A stretch of 64,000 nt of DNA from an uncultured Flavobacteriales bacterium (GCA_905480125.1 CAJQPE010000025.1:3949-67948), one strand, 5' to 3'; positions 45,824-56,266 are shown, counted from the first letter of the stretch. Translations and numbers: made by a program. The notes: a model not told the origin generated them from the sequence alone.

Positions 45824-47120
45824 CCTGACCCTAACTTTCTTAGGATTGTTGCAGTTATCGACTAACGGTCAAAATTCCACTCGGTCTCCTTTTTCATCTT
45901 ATGGTTTGGGCGATTTGGAATCAACCGGCCTAGCATTCAATACTTCTATGGGTGATGCAAAGTTCGCAATCGCAGACCCGTATCAAATAAACATTGCCAA
46001 CCCAGCTTCATACAGCCTGATAAAATTACCCGTTTTTAACGTGGGTGTTAACTATAATTTCTTGCAAATTAATCAAGTTAATTCCACTCAAAATGGGAAT
46101 ATTGGTTACCTGAAAAATATTTCTTTGGCGTTTCCTATTACTAAATGGTGGGGTTTTAGTTTTGGAATGGTTCCTCAGAGCAGAATGGGGTATCGATTTA
46201 AAACTAGCGAAAATGTTACAGGGTTCGGAAACGTAAATTATATTTACCAAGGAGAAGGCGGAATCAATAAAGCTTATCTCGGCAATGGGTTTAGTGTTAT
46301 TAACGATACCATTCAAACCCTTTCATTAGGGTTTAATGCCTCTTATTTCTTCGGAAACATAAATCGTCAAAAACGTGTTGAACCGCAAGAAATTGATGGC
46401 GCTTTCGGCACCTATCAAAGTGAACAACTTAAAATAAGTGACTTTAACTTCGGCTTTGGATTGTTGTACAAACGAAAATTTAATAAAAACTTATCTAGTT
46501 CACTTGGCGCTTTCTATAGTTTAGGTGATAGTGCAAGAGCGTTCAGAAACGAATACGCCTATACATATAGATCTGCAAATTTTAACGATATCATAGAAGA
46601 TACTATCTTTAGCAGACCAGACACAGGAAAACTATATATACCACAAACGTTAGGTCTAGGATTTACAGTTCAGCTCAACAAAAGACAAGATAAATACAAT
46701 AAGCAATACCTTCTAGCTGTAGATTTGAGTAGAACAGATTGGTCAAAAGCTTCGCTTTTTGGAAATAATCTAGGCCTAGCCGTTCGCGATCAAATATCGG
46801 TTGGCTTCCAATATATACCCGATGCTAAAGCTTATAAAAACGTACAGAAAATGATCAACTATAGAGCTGGCTTTCGCTATACCAATACCCACTTAATTGT
46901 AAACGATCAAAATATTGCAGAATATGGCATAAGTTTTGGTATAGGCATACCAATAATAAGTGCGGGAAAAGGAACTATGTTTAATATTGGATTAGAGGCT
47001 GGCCGAAGAGGAGATAAGAATGTAACACCAATTTATGAACAATTTACAACTATATATGTCGGGTTATCGCTTACACCAAGTAAATTTGACCGGTGGTTCT
47101 ATAAATCGAAAATTGATTAA
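45792..47120 (+). CDS. Outer-membrane beta-barrel protein (hypothetical, conserved next to coaX/lptC)
   Basis: Seen: signal peptide ...LSTNGQ, SPFSSYGLGDL start, alternating-hydrophobicity strands throughout, aromatic C-terminal region (…RWFYKSKID). Function not established. Confidence 0.75.
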   Translation: MKFLNTIQKISLTLTFLGLLQLSTNGQNSTRSPFSSYGLGDLESTGLAFNTSMGDAKFAIADPYQINIANPASYSLIKLPVFNVGVNYNFLQINQVNSTQNGNIGYLKNISLAFPITKWWGFSFGMVPQSRMGYRFKTSENVTGFGNVNYIYQGEGGINKAYLGNGFSVINDTIQTLSLGFNASYFFGNINRQKRVEPQEIDGAFGTYQSEQLKISDFNFGFGLLYKRKFNKNLSSSLGAFYSLGDSARAFRNEYAYTYRSANFNDIIEDTIFSRPDTGKLYIPQTLGLGFTVQLNKRQDKYNKQYLLAVDLSRTDWSKASLFGNNLGLAVRDQISVGFQYIPDAKAYKNVQKMINYRAGFRYTNTHLIVNDQNIAEYGISFGIGIPIISAGKGTMFNIGLEAGRRGDKNVTPIYEQFTTIYVGLSLTPSKFDRWFYKSKID

Positions 47121-47140
47121 ATATTTCAAAGTAAATTCAA

Positions 47141-48478
47141 ATGAAAAAAACAATTAAAACAATCGCAATTGTAGTGCTGATGATAAGCACGTTAAGCGCG
47201 TTTTCGCAAAAAGGAAAATATGGTGTAACGCCAGAAGACAGTGTTTCATGTATTGAAAATCTATCTGTATATATGAACCCGTACTTCAGCGGTGGAGACT
47301 ATAAAGAAGCTGTTAAATACTGGAGAGTTTGTTTTAATACTTGCCCTAAAGCAAGTAAAAATATGTACATTAATGGGGCAAAAATGTACAAACAGTTTAT
47401 AAAAGAAACTGAAGACGATTCAACTAAGAAAGCTTTATTAGATACGCTTCTTATGATTTACGATCAGCGCATTGCAAATTTTGGCGAAGAGGGAAAAGTG
47501 CTAGAAAAAAAGGGGGCAGATTACTTGAAGTACAATAAAGAATCACCAGAATTAGCAAATGAGATCTTAAAAAAAGCCGTAGAATTAAGAAATAATGATT
47601 TAGGTCCTGGCGCAGCATTTTCATATTACAAATCTTATTATAAAATGCTTCAACAAAAGAAGGTTGATAAAGTAGTGCTTATAGAGCAATACTTGCCGCT
47701 AATGGAAATTGTTGACTTTAACATTAATAAATACAAAGCTGATGGCAATGAAAAATATGTTGGCTATTGGGAAGGTACAAAATCCAATATCGACAAATAT
47801 TTTATGGCTATTGCAAAACCGCAAGACATTGTTGGAGCATTTCAACCAAAGTTTGAGGCCAATCCGAAAGACACGATTTTGTTACAGCAAATTGTTAGTG
47901 TTTTAGAGAAAAAAGAAAAAGATGGTGGAACTGAAGTTGAGTTATATAAAAATGCTGCAACTAACTTATGTGAAGTTTCACCTTCGTTCACTTGCCTTAT
48001 GGCATTAGGTGGCTTAAACTCTAAAAACAAAAACTATGCAGACGCATATTTGTTTTTTAAGCAGGCTGCGGAGCTAGGAAAAACTGATGACGAAAAAATA
48101 AACTCCAATTTAAAAGCCGCTCAGGTGGCCTATAATTTGAAGCAATATTCCTCTACAAGAAGACATTGCAGAGCGATTTTGGCAGTAAATCCAAACTATG
48201 GAGAAGCATACTTATTAATTGGCGATTGTTACTCTTCTACTAAATTTGGCGAAAACGAATTAGAAAAAAAATACGTGTATTGGGCTGCCATGGATAAATA
48301 CTCAAAAGGCAAATCTGTTGACCCATCAATAGCAGAGAAAGCAAATAAAAAATATGCCCGAGCTAAAGCAAATGGTCCATCTAAAGAATTATTATTCCAA
48401 TACGGTATGATTGACAAACCATCGGTAACTGTTGGCGGTTGGATTAATGAAACTACCGCTGTTAGAGTTCCCCAATAA
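47141..48478 (+). CDS. TPR-repeat protein
   Basis: Seen: signal peptide MKKTIKTIAIVVLMISTLSAFSQ, TPR-like helices (YADAYLFFKQAAELGK, RRHCRAILAVNPNYGEAYLLIGDCY). Confidence 0.85.
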   Translation: MKKTIKTIAIVVLMISTLSAFSQKGKYGVTPEDSVSCIENLSVYMNPYFSGGDYKEAVKYWRVCFNTCPKASKNMYINGAKMYKQFIKETEDDSTKKALLDTLLMIYDQRIANFGEEGKVLEKKGADYLKYNKESPELANEILKKAVELRNNDLGPGAAFSYYKSYYKMLQQKKVDKVVLIEQYLPLMEIVDFNINKYKADGNEKYVGYWEGTKSNIDKYFMAIAKPQDIVGAFQPKFEANPKDTILLQQIVSVLEKKEKDGGTEVELYKNAATNLCEVSPSFTCLMALGGLNSKNKNYADAYLFFKQAAELGKTDDEKINSNLKAAQVAYNLKQYSSTRRHCRAILAVNPNYGEAYLLIGDCYSSTKFGENELEKKYVYWAAMDKYSKGKSVDPSIAEKANKKYARAKANGPSKELLFQYGMIDKPSVTVGGWINETTAVRVPQ

Positions 48479-48479
48479 G

Positions 48480-49070
48480 GTGAAAATAAAAAAATATTCT
48501 CAAATTCTAATCCTTATCACTCTTATGGTAGGGGTTTTTATTTCTTGTGATAAAAACGAAATCGAAAAAATTCGACTGGTTACAGCACAAGAGGATTTAC
48601 CAGCAGAATCTTCTACCAATGTTGAAATATTATTTAGCGATAGTGCTCAACTAACATTACGGCTTATCTCCTCAAAATTAAATCGATATAACAAAGAAAA
48701 ACCATATATGGAATTTCCTGAAGGACTAAAATTGGTTTTTTACAACGAACTTGAAGCGCCAGAATCTCAAATAGAATGCAACTATGCAATCAATTACATC
48801 AATGAAAAAATAATGGAGGCCAAAGATGAAGTTGTTGTAATAAACAATGCCGGAGAAAAATTAACTACAGAGCATCTAATCTGGGATCAAGGTAAACAGC
48901 TCATAACAACCGATAAATTTGTTAGTATCAAAACTGCAGATGAAACATTGACTGGAAGAGGTTTAGAAGCTGCAGAAGATTTTTCGACATATAAAATTCT
49001 TCACCCTTTAGGAGAATTTAATATAGACGAAACTGAACCCAAAGATACAACAGATGAAGACACTAAATAA
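48480..49070 (+). CDS. lptC: LPS export periplasmic protein LptC (lipoprotein form)
   Basis: Seen: GTG at 48480, right after the upstream stop, gives (M)KIKKYSQILILITLMVGVFISC (lipobox). The OstA-like body reads ...EILFSDSAQLTL...YMEFPEGLKLVFYN...LTTEHLIWDQGKQLITTDKFVSIKTADETLTGRGLEA. Family call from recalled pattern and gene context. Confidence 0.7.
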   Translation: MKIKKYSQILILITLMVGVFISCDKNEIEKIRLVTAQEDLPAESSTNVEILFSDSAQLTLRLISSKLNRYNKEKPYMEFPEGLKLVFYNELEAPESQIECNYAINYINEKIMEAKDEVVVINNAGEKLTTEHLIWDQGKQLITTDKFVSIKTADETLTGRGLEAAEDFSTYKILHPLGEFNIDETEPKDTTDEDTK

Positions 49071-49242
49071 TATAATGGAAATGTTCTGGCTCGCTCTAGG
49101 CACAGTTTTGATTTTGGTATTGGGGTACCTATCATTAGAAAATGGTTTCGATTGGACCTACCTGTTAATTATAGCTATGCCATTCGGTATGTTTTTCGCG
49201 AGAAGAATTATGAGAAAGAAAATGGAGAATATCGACAAGTAG
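49054..49242 (+). CDS. Small two-helix membrane protein (62 aa)
   Basis: Seen: two hydrophobic helices (MFWLALGTVLILVLGYL, YLLIIAMPFGMFFA), a basic tail, and a 17-nt overlap with the lptC 3' end. Coding status is uncertain. Confidence 0.5.
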   Translation: MKTLNNIMEMFWLALGTVLILVLGYLSLENGFDWTYLLIIAMPFGMFFARRIMRKKMENIDK

Positions 49243-49273
49243 TTTTATTATATTTGAAGTTGCTCAACGATAA

Positions 49274-50542
49274 ATGGAAATCATAGATCTTGTTGTTATA
49301 TTTATTGCGCTGCTTTTCTCAGCCTTCTTCTCGGGCATGGAAATAGCCTTTGTATCTTCTAGTAAACTTAAAATCGAATTAGAAAACAAAGAGGGCAAAC
49401 TTGCCGCAAAAATCTACTCCCAGTTTTTAAAAAAGGAATCAAATTTTATTGGGGCAATGTTAGTAGGTAACAACACTGCTTTAGTTATTTATGGTGTTTT
49501 AATGGCTAAGGTTTTAGAGCCTTGGTTAGACTTATTTGTAGAGTCTAGTTTAGCAGTTTTACTAATCCAAACAATTATTTCTACACTGCTAGTCCTTGTC
49601 TCCGCAGAATTCTTGCCTAAAACAATATTCAGAATTAACCCTAATAAGGCTCTTAACTTATTTTGTATCCCCGTTTGGATTCTCTATTATCTGCTCCGTC
49701 CCATTGTATTCGTTACTATAGGGCTATCTAACCTGATTTTAAGAGTAGTGCTAAAAGCAGAAATAAAAGAAGATAAACCTGTTTTTGGAAAAGTAGACTT
49801 AGACAATTACCTGCAGCAGATATTAGACCAATCGAAACCAGACGAAGATCTAGATTCAGAAGTGCAAATTTTTCAAAATGCCTTGGGGTTTTCAGATGTA
49901 AAAGCACGAGAGTGCATGGTGCCTCGAACAGAAATCGTGGCCATCGAAATTAATACGAAAATAAGTGATTTGAAATCAAAATTTATCGAAACAGGTCTTT
50001 CCAAAATATTAGTGTACAAAGAAAATATCGACAACATTATTGGCTATACCCAGTCTTTTGATTTGTTTAAAAAACCTGAAGCCGTTAAAAATATTGTAAT
50101 ACCTATTTCGATAGTTCCTGAAACTATACGTGCTAACGAAACGCTAGATATATTTATCAATAAGAAGAAAGGTATTGCAGTTGTAGTTGATGAATTTGGT
50201 GGAACTTCTGGAATGATAACCCTAGAAGATTTAGTGGAAGAAATTTTTGGAGAGATAGAAGACGAGCATGACAAAGAGGTCCATAGGGAACAGGAACTTG
50301 AAAATGGAAAATTTAAATTCTCCGCACGCCTCGAAATCGACTATCTAAATGAAAAATACAAGTTAGGCATTCCCGACTCAGATGAATACGAAACGCTTGC
50401 TGGCTTTATTATAAATAATTATGAAAGCATTCCCAAAAAAGGAGAAGCCATCGTAATAAAAAACTTCAAATTCGAAGTTTTGTCGGTCTCTCAAAACCGC
50501 ATTGACGAAGTTGTTTTAACCCTTACTGAACAAGAAGATTAA
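49274..50542 (+). CDS. CNNM/DUF21-CBS-CorC_HlyC family protein (hemolysin-like / putative Mg/Co efflux)
   Basis: Seen: 4-TM DUF21-like N-terminus (FFSGMEIAFVS), a CBS pair (MVPRTEIVAIE...ILVYKENIDNIIGY), and CorC-type VVDEFGGTSGMITLEDLVEEIFGEIEDEHD. Confidence 0.9.
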   Translation: MEIIDLVVIFIALLFSAFFSGMEIAFVSSSKLKIELENKEGKLAAKIYSQFLKKESNFIGAMLVGNNTALVIYGVLMAKVLEPWLDLFVESSLAVLLIQTIISTLLVLVSAEFLPKTIFRINPNKALNLFCIPVWILYYLLRPIVFVTIGLSNLILRVVLKAEIKEDKPVFGKVDLDNYLQQILDQSKPDEDLDSEVQIFQNALGFSDVKARECMVPRTEIVAIEINTKISDLKSKFIETGLSKILVYKENIDNIIGYTQSFDLFKKPEAVKNIVIPISIVPETIRANETLDIFINKKKGIAVVVDEFGGTSGMITLEDLVEEIFGEIEDEHDKEVHREQELENGKFKFSARLEIDYLNEKYKLGIPDSDEYETLAGFIINNYESIPKKGEAIVIKNFKFEVLSVSQNRIDEVVLTLTEQED

Positions 50543-50607
50543 AACCTTTCAATTCTCATAATGGAGTTGTATATTCGCAGCCTTAATTTTTAAAATATTC
50601 GGATGCT

Positions 50608-52716
50608 ATGGCTATGATTCAAGAAATAAGAAACCGTTCAACATTACTAATGGTTGTAATCGGAGTAGGAATGTTACTCTTTATAGGAGGCGATTTCTTT
50701 TCTTCAAGTAATGGTCCTTTCAGCAGCAATGGCGAAACAGATGTTTTGATTGTTGATGGCAAGGCTGTCAGTAACAAAGAATATCAGCTAAGAATTGACA
50801 AACAAATCGGAAATAATCCTGTTGGTCAGTCTCAACGTGAACAAATAAGTAATGCCGTGTGGAACTTGTTAATTTCTGAGTTCGTCTTTGGGCAAGAATA
50901 TAATGAGCTTGGACTTAATGTTACCGGAGATGAATTGTTTGCCGCCATTAGTACTGGATCAAGTAGAATATTAGAACAACAGTTTACAGGTCGTGATGGA
51001 AGAGTTGACCCTAATTTCGCTGATCAATTTGGTAGATTAGATGGAACCAAAGTTTTAGCTGCAGTAAAACAAACAATGGCCAATCCTGAAACAGAAGATC
51101 AATGGTTAAAATTGGAAGAAAGCCTATTAAGTGAACGATTTCAAACTAAATATAATACGCTAATAAAAAAAGGTATTGCGGTTACCACAGCTGAAGCCGA
51201 AGCAGGAATCAAAGATCAAGGAACACAAGTTGCCTTCTCATACGTTCTGAAAAAATACGATGAAGTGGATGACAATTCTATTGATGTAAGCGATGCAGAT
51301 TTACGAGCCTATTACGACAAACACAAACATGAACCCGAGTATATTCAAAAACAAGCAAGCAGAGGAATCGAGTATGTTGTTTTTCAAGTAAGTCCTTCTG
51401 TAGAAGACATTGCTGCTATCCAAAATGAGTTAATCGAATTAAAACCATACTTTTTAGAAGAATCTGATGACACTTCTTTCGTTAACGAAAATGCTGAAAC
51501 AGCCTACAATATTAGTTACTTCAGTGAAGGAAGTTTTCCTGATAATGTTGACTCAATTATTTTTGCTGGCGATACAGGCTTTGTATTCGGGCCATACTTG
51601 TCTGGAAACACATATCAATTAGCAAAAATTATTGGCACCAAAACTTCACCTGACTCTGCGAATGCAAGACATATTATGTTGCAAATTTCTGATGGTGATA
51701 CTGCAACTACAATGGCGTTAGCGGACAGCCTGGTTAAAGTCATTAATAGTCAAGATAACTTTGAAGCATTGGTCCCTGACTTTTCTAAAGATTTACAAAC
51801 TGCAGCAGAAGGTGGTAATTTAGATTGGTTTACCGAGACTAACTGCCCAGTTCCTGACAAAAAATTTGCTGATGCTTGTTTTACAGGAGCTGTTGGTCAG
51901 ATTCAAATTATCCAATCAGTTTTTGGCGTGCATTTAGTTGAAGTTATTAAACAAACTATCCCTAAGGATAAAAAGCTTATTGCAATAGTTGATAGAGCGC
52001 TTGAACCAAGCAAAATGACTAAAGATAACGTGTACAATGAAGCCAGTGAATTCTCAATTGCAAACGGAGATGTCGCCTCTTTTAGAGCCGCGGGAAACAA
52101 AAAAGGAATTAGAGTTGCAGATAACGTTCTCGAGTCTGATAAGGATATCGCATCACTTGAATCATCAAGAGCGTTAATTCAATGGGCCTACAAAATGGAA
52201 GTTGGAGATATTTCAGAGCAAGTATTCGAATTTGGTGATATGTTTGTTGTAGCCCATCTTAAAGAAATTAGAGATGCAGGCACATTAGACCTTAACATTG
52301 AAAGCGTGAAACAAGGTGTTAAATTACAAGTAATTAATGAAAAGAAAGCCGTGGCAATTGCCGCAGATATGAGCAAGTACACGGATATCAATAATGCTGC
52401 TTTGGAACTGGGGAAAGCGGTTGAAACAGCTTCTAATACAACTTTCTCAAGTTATTCTGTACCAGGAATTGGCACTGAAACAGTTCTACTCGGTGCTATT
52501 TTCAATTTACAACAAGGGCAGCTTTCAAAGCCTATTGCGGACAGAAACGGTGTTTATCTAATTCTAGTAAACTCTGTTACGCCTCCTGCTCAGGGCAATG
52601 CTACCGTTGTTAAGCAACAAATGACCTATAGTGCTGCCGCGCAAGTGGATTATACAGTTACAAATGCTCTGCAAAACAGTTGTGAAATTATCGACAATAG
52701 AGGTAAGTTCTTTTAG
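50608..52716 (+). CDS. Periplasmic chaperone / peptidyl-prolyl isomerase, PpiD/SurA-like
   Basis: Seen: N-terminal anchor IRNRSTLLMVVIGVGMLLFIGG, a parvulin-like block ANARHIMLQ...DLQTAAEGGNLDWF...FGVHLVEV; 702 aa. Confidence 0.88.
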   Translation: MAMIQEIRNRSTLLMVVIGVGMLLFIGGDFFSSSNGPFSSNGETDVLIVDGKAVSNKEYQLRIDKQIGNNPVGQSQREQISNAVWNLLISEFVFGQEYNELGLNVTGDELFAAISTGSSRILEQQFTGRDGRVDPNFADQFGRLDGTKVLAAVKQTMANPETEDQWLKLEESLLSERFQTKYNTLIKKGIAVTTAEAEAGIKDQGTQVAFSYVLKKYDEVDDNSIDVSDADLRAYYDKHKHEPEYIQKQASRGIEYVVFQVSPSVEDIAAIQNELIELKPYFLEESDDTSFVNENAETAYNISYFSEGSFPDNVDSIIFAGDTGFVFGPYLSGNTYQLAKIIGTKTSPDSANARHIMLQISDGDTATTMALADSLVKVINSQDNFEALVPDFSKDLQTAAEGGNLDWFTETNCPVPDKKFADACFTGAVGQIQIIQSVFGVHLVEVIKQTIPKDKKLIAIVDRALEPSKMTKDNVYNEASEFSIANGDVASFRAAGNKKGIRVADNVLESDKDIASLESSRALIQWAYKMEVGDISEQVFEFGDMFVVAHLKEIRDAGTLDLNIESVKQGVKLQVINEKKAVAIAADMSKYTDINNAALELGKAVETASNTTFSSYSVPGIGTETVLLGAIFNLQQGQLSKPIADRNGVYLILVNSVTPPAQGNATVVKQQMTYSAAAQVDYTVTNALQNSCEIIDNRGKFF

Positions 52717-52760
52717 CGGAATAACACAAATATTTTTCATGATTTAAGAGCTTCCTAAGC

Positions 52761-53732
52761 TTATTTTTTACGGTTAATCGCGTATTCAACCAATTCTATT
52801 AAACTAGTCTTGGCCTCTGAATCAATAAAACCCTCTAACAAGGACAATGCTTCAGATTTATATTGTTCCATTTTCTGAGCAGCATACTCAATACCTCCAA
52901 TGTTGATTACATAATCTATAAGTTCAGCAACTCGTTCCTTATCTTGATTATGATTCTTAATTGTATTTATTATTCTTCGTTTTTCCTTGAATGATGACTT
53001 GTTCAACGCATAAATCAAAGGCAAAGTCATTTTCTTTTCTTTAATGTCAATACCTGTAGGTTTGCCGATTTTATCACCAAAACCAAAATCAAACAAATCA
53101 TCCTTAATTTGGAAAGCGATTCCTATCTTTTCTCCAAACTCCCACATCTTTTCTACAGTCTCATCCTTCGCTTTAACTGAGCTTGCTCCGCAAGCACAGC
53201 AAGAAGCTATTAATGAAGCTGTTTTCTGCCTTATTATTTGAAAATAGACATCTTCCTGAATATCTAATCTTCTCGCCTTTTCAATTTGCAGCAACTCACC
53301 CTCACTCATTTCCTTAACAGCCTTAGATACAATCTCAAGTAGCGCATACTCTTTCTTATCTATAGCGAGTAACAAACCTCGAGAAAGTAAAAAATCACCA
53401 ACCAAAACGGCTATCTTATTTTTCCATAGCGCGTTGATAGAAAAAAAGCCTCTTCGATAATTAGCCTCATCTACAACATCATCATGAACTAATGTTGCTG
53501 TATGTAACAGTTCAATTAGTGATGCAGCAGTATAACTCGACTCTTTTACTTCGCCACATAACTTGGCCGATAGAAAAACGAACATAGGTCGCATTTGTTT
53601 ACCTTTTCGCTTAACAATGTATCTTGTTATCTTGTCCAAAAGGGCAACGTTGCTTTTCAGAGAGCCCTTGAACTTCATCTCGAATGCCGCCATTTCAGGA
53701 GCAATTGGAATTTGTATTTTATCTAATGACAC
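52761..53732 (-). CDS. Polyprenyl diphosphate synthase (IspB-like)
   Basis: Seen: first DDxxD region LHTATLVHDDVVDEANYRRG and second FQIKDDLFD. GTG start. Confidence 0.9.
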   Translation of the reverse strand: MSLDKIQIPIAPEMAAFEMKFKGSLKSNVALLDKITRYIVKRKGKQMRPMFVFLSAKLCGEVKESSYTAASLIELLHTATLVHDDVVDEANYRRGFFSINALWKNKIAVLVGDFLLSRGLLLAIDKKEYALLEIVSKAVKEMSEGELLQIEKARRLDIQEDVYFQIIRQKTASLIASCCACGASSVKAKDETVEKMWEFGEKIGIAFQIKDDLFDFGFGDKIGKPTGIDIKEKKMTLPLIYALNKSSFKEKRRIINTIKNHNQDKERVAELIDYVINIGGIEYAAQKMEQYKSEALSLLEGFIDSEAKTSLIELVEYAINRKK

Positions 53733-53743
53733 AAGAAATACTT

Positions 53744-54799
53744 TTATTTTATGGTTGCCTCATTCTTATTCGCTAACTGGCCACAAGCTGCATCAATGTC
53801 TTTACCCCTGCTTCTTCGCACATTAACTACTAAATTTTTACTTTCAAGGTAAATCGCAAAATCATCAACATTCTTAGGAGCAGCTTGCTGAAATTCACCG
53901 TCATCAATTGGATTGTATTCAATGATATTAATCTTGCAGGGTACCTGCTTGCAAAACTCAACAAGTTCTTGGGCGTCTTCTATCTTATCATTAAATCCCT
54001 TAAAAATGATATACTCAAAAGTTGGTCGAATGTCAGTTTTTTCATAAAAATACACTAATGACTTTCCGAGCACATCAAGCGAATTTTGTTCATTAATAGG
54101 CATAATATGGTCTCGCTTTTTATCATTTGCCGCATGTAAAGATAATGCGAGATTGAATTTGACTTGATCATCACCTAGCTTCTCAATCATTTTAGCAATA
54201 CCAGCAGTAGAAACAGTGATTCGCTTGGGTGACATATCTAACCCTTCGGGTGATGTAACATAATCTATAGATTGAAGCACATTTTTATAATTCAACAAAG
54301 GCTCACCCATACCCATGTAAACAATGTTACTCAAAGGAATGTCGTGATTTTCAATCGCTTGTTTATTTATAGCAACGACTTGGTCATAAATTTCTGAAGC
54401 GTCTAGATTTCGTTCTCGTTTGAGCCTTCCTGTGCCGCAGAACTTGCAAGTTAAACTGCACCCTACTTGCGAAGAAACGCACGCTGTAATTCTCTTAGGT
54501 GTTGGGATTAACACCCCTTCTATGATGTTCCCATCATATAATTTGAAGGCATTCTTTACAGTTCCATCCTTGCTCTTTTGCGATTCTGCAATTGTTATAG
54601 CATTTATTAAAAACTCTTTCCCCAGTTGTTCACGGATTGGCAACGACAAGTTGGTCATCTCTTCGATAGAAGTTACCGACTTTTTCCAAAGCCACTCATG
54701 AACCTGCTTCGCACGAAAGGGCTTCTCGTTTATGCCAACGAAGTATGCCTTTATTTCTGCTAATGAAAGCTTTCTAATATCTTGTCTTTGCTCTGGCAT
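53744..54799 (-). CDS. rlmN: 23S rRNA/tRNA (adenine-C2)-methyltransferase, radical SAM
   Basis: Seen: FRAKQVHEWLW, CVSSQVGCSLTCKFCGTG, VYMGMGEPLLN, C-terminal DIDAACGQL. Confidence 0.95.
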   Translation of the reverse strand: MPEQRQDIRKLSLAEIKAYFVGINEKPFRAKQVHEWLWKKSVTSIEEMTNLSLPIREQLGKEFLINAITIAESQKSKDGTVKNAFKLYDGNIIEGVLIPTPKRITACVSSQVGCSLTCKFCGTGRLKRERNLDASEIYDQVVAINKQAIENHDIPLSNIVYMGMGEPLLNYKNVLQSIDYVTSPEGLDMSPKRITVSTAGIAKMIEKLGDDQVKFNLALSLHAANDKKRDHIMPINEQNSLDVLGKSLVYFYEKTDIRPTFEYIIFKGFNDKIEDAQELVEFCKQVPCKINIIEYNPIDDGEFQQAAPKNVDDFAIYLESKNLVVNVRRSRGKDIDAACGQLANKNEATIK

Positions 54800-54817
54800 C
54801 TGAGTGCGAAGATAATC

Positions 54818-54825
54818 TATATTTG
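54818..54825 (+). promoter_or_regulatory. Candidate -7 box (TATATTTG) for the amidohydrolase gene
   Basis: Seen: TATATTTG 10 nt upstream of ATG 54835. It overlaps the ORF-track TTG start at 54823, which supports the ATG start. Confidence 0.35.
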
Positions 54826-54834
54826 GGTCTTGCT

Positions 54835-56004
54835 ATGAGAAAGATTTCAGCTGATTACATCTTCCCTATTTCATCTGCCCCTATTAAAAATGGGATTATA
54901 GTAATTAATGACAGTGGCAAAATTGTCAATCTCTTATCGTCAAGTTCAGGATTAGAAGATGTTGAAAAGTATGAAGGCATCATTTGCCCAGGATTTATAA
55001 ACACACATTGCCATCTTGAGCTGTCCCATATGAAAGGAATAGTTAGCGAAGGCAAAGGATTGGTACCGTTTATTAAAGAACTAATGAGCCAACGTGCAGC
55101 AGATTCTGATTTTGTACAACAATGTATTAAAGATGCTGAAGCCGAAATGATGGCAAATGGAATCGTTGCGGTTGGTGATATTTCTAATGGATCAGACACC
55201 TTCTCACAAAAAGCAAAGCGAAATTTACATTATCATACATTTATTGAGTTATACGGTTTCTTAGACAACCAAGCCGATGAAGCTTTTGAAAATGGAAGGG
55301 TGCTCGGCTCAAAACTAGAGAAACAAAACTCAATTTATTCTTTAGTTCCGCACTCTCCCTATTCTACTTCACAGCAATTGTGGGAGAAAATCTGCCAATG
55401 GAATATTGAAAATAAAGGCATTCTCACGTTTCATAATGAGGAAACGGAAGATGAAAACAAGCTGTTTTTGGATGGGTCAGGGAGCTTAATTGAATTAATG
55501 AAATGGTTTGGGCTTGATACTTCCTTTTGGAAATCGACAGGAAATACCTCGCTGAACTCAATTAAAGGATTACTACCAAAGAACACCAAAACGCTGCTTG
55601 TACATAACACCATGACTACAGTTAAAGAACTTTCATCTTTAAACATGGAACTTGAATCTCCTTATTGGTGTTTGTGCCCTAATGCAAATTGGTACATCGA
55701 GCGAAAATTACCGAACCTAGATAACTTTATCAAAACTGGCTCTAAAATTACACTAGGAACCGACAGTCTATCTTCTAATTGGAGACTATCAATACTATCC
55801 GAAATGCAATGTATTAAAAAACATTATCCTGAGATACGCACTGCGACTATGCTTTCATGGGGCACGCAAAATGGAGCAGAATTACTTGGAATTGAATCCA
55901 ATTTTGGAACCTTAGAAAAAGGAAAGTCACCTGGAATAATCTTAATTACCAATTCAAATAATGGAGAAATTACAGGTAGCAGTCAAGTTGTGAAATTAAT
56001 TTAA
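54835..56004 (+). CDS. Amidohydrolase-superfamily deaminase (aminofutalosine/nucleoside-deaminase-like)
   Basis: Seen: ICPGFINTHCHLELSH (HxH metal motif), LVHNT, LGTDSLSSN. Substrate not determinable from the sequence. Confidence 0.85.
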   Translation: MRKISADYIFPISSAPIKNGIIVINDSGKIVNLLSSSSGLEDVEKYEGIICPGFINTHCHLELSHMKGIVSEGKGLVPFIKELMSQRAADSDFVQQCIKDAEAEMMANGIVAVGDISNGSDTFSQKAKRNLHYHTFIELYGFLDNQADEAFENGRVLGSKLEKQNSIYSLVPHSPYSTSQQLWEKICQWNIENKGILTFHNEETEDENKLFLDGSGSLIELMKWFGLDTSFWKSTGNTSLNSIKGLLPKNTKTLLVHNTMTTVKELSSLNMELESPYWCLCPNANWYIERKLPNLDNFIKTGSKITLGTDSLSSNWRLSILSEMQCIKKHYPEIRTATMLSWGTQNGAELLGIESNFGTLEKGKSPGIILITNSNNGEITGSSQVVKLI

Positions 56005-56011
56005 TAGTCTT

Positions 56012-56266
56012 TTAATTACAAAACTCTGATAGTATTTTCATGGAACCGCTTTCTCCATTCAATGCTACTTTTTTCCAGTCATTACAAGATGCTTTACTAT
56101 TACCCAATTTATATTTTGTTAAACCTCTGTTGTATAACAATATCTAAATTACCGGTTCGCCTCTATACAATTCGTTAAACAATTTTAAAGCTTCATCATG
56201 TTGTGCTTCATTGTAAGCTTCAATAGCAATTTTAAGTTTTCCTTGAAACCTATTTCTGCTAATAAA
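56012..56266 (-). pseudogene. Decayed small TPR-protein gene (no start codon, in-frame TAG)
   Basis: Seen: own minus-strand translation gives FISRNRFQGKLKIAIEAYNEAQHDEALKLFNELYRGEPVI*ILLYNRGLTKYKLGNSKASCNDWKKVALNGESGSMKILSEFCN*. The internal TAG is at 56144-56146, a TGA bounds the frame at 56267-56269, and the upstream part has no Met. Known pattern (recalled): small Flavobacterial TPR proteins ending ...YNRG..K..LGD..GAC.DW.KA..LG. Confidence 0.45.

Noticed and set aside
49274-50542. Considered calling the CNNM/CBS/CorC protein GldE (gliding motility).
   Set aside because: GldE is defined by its link to gldD, which is not adjacent here. The context (lptC upstream, ppiD-like downstream) fits the housekeeping paralogue, so the generic family name is kept.
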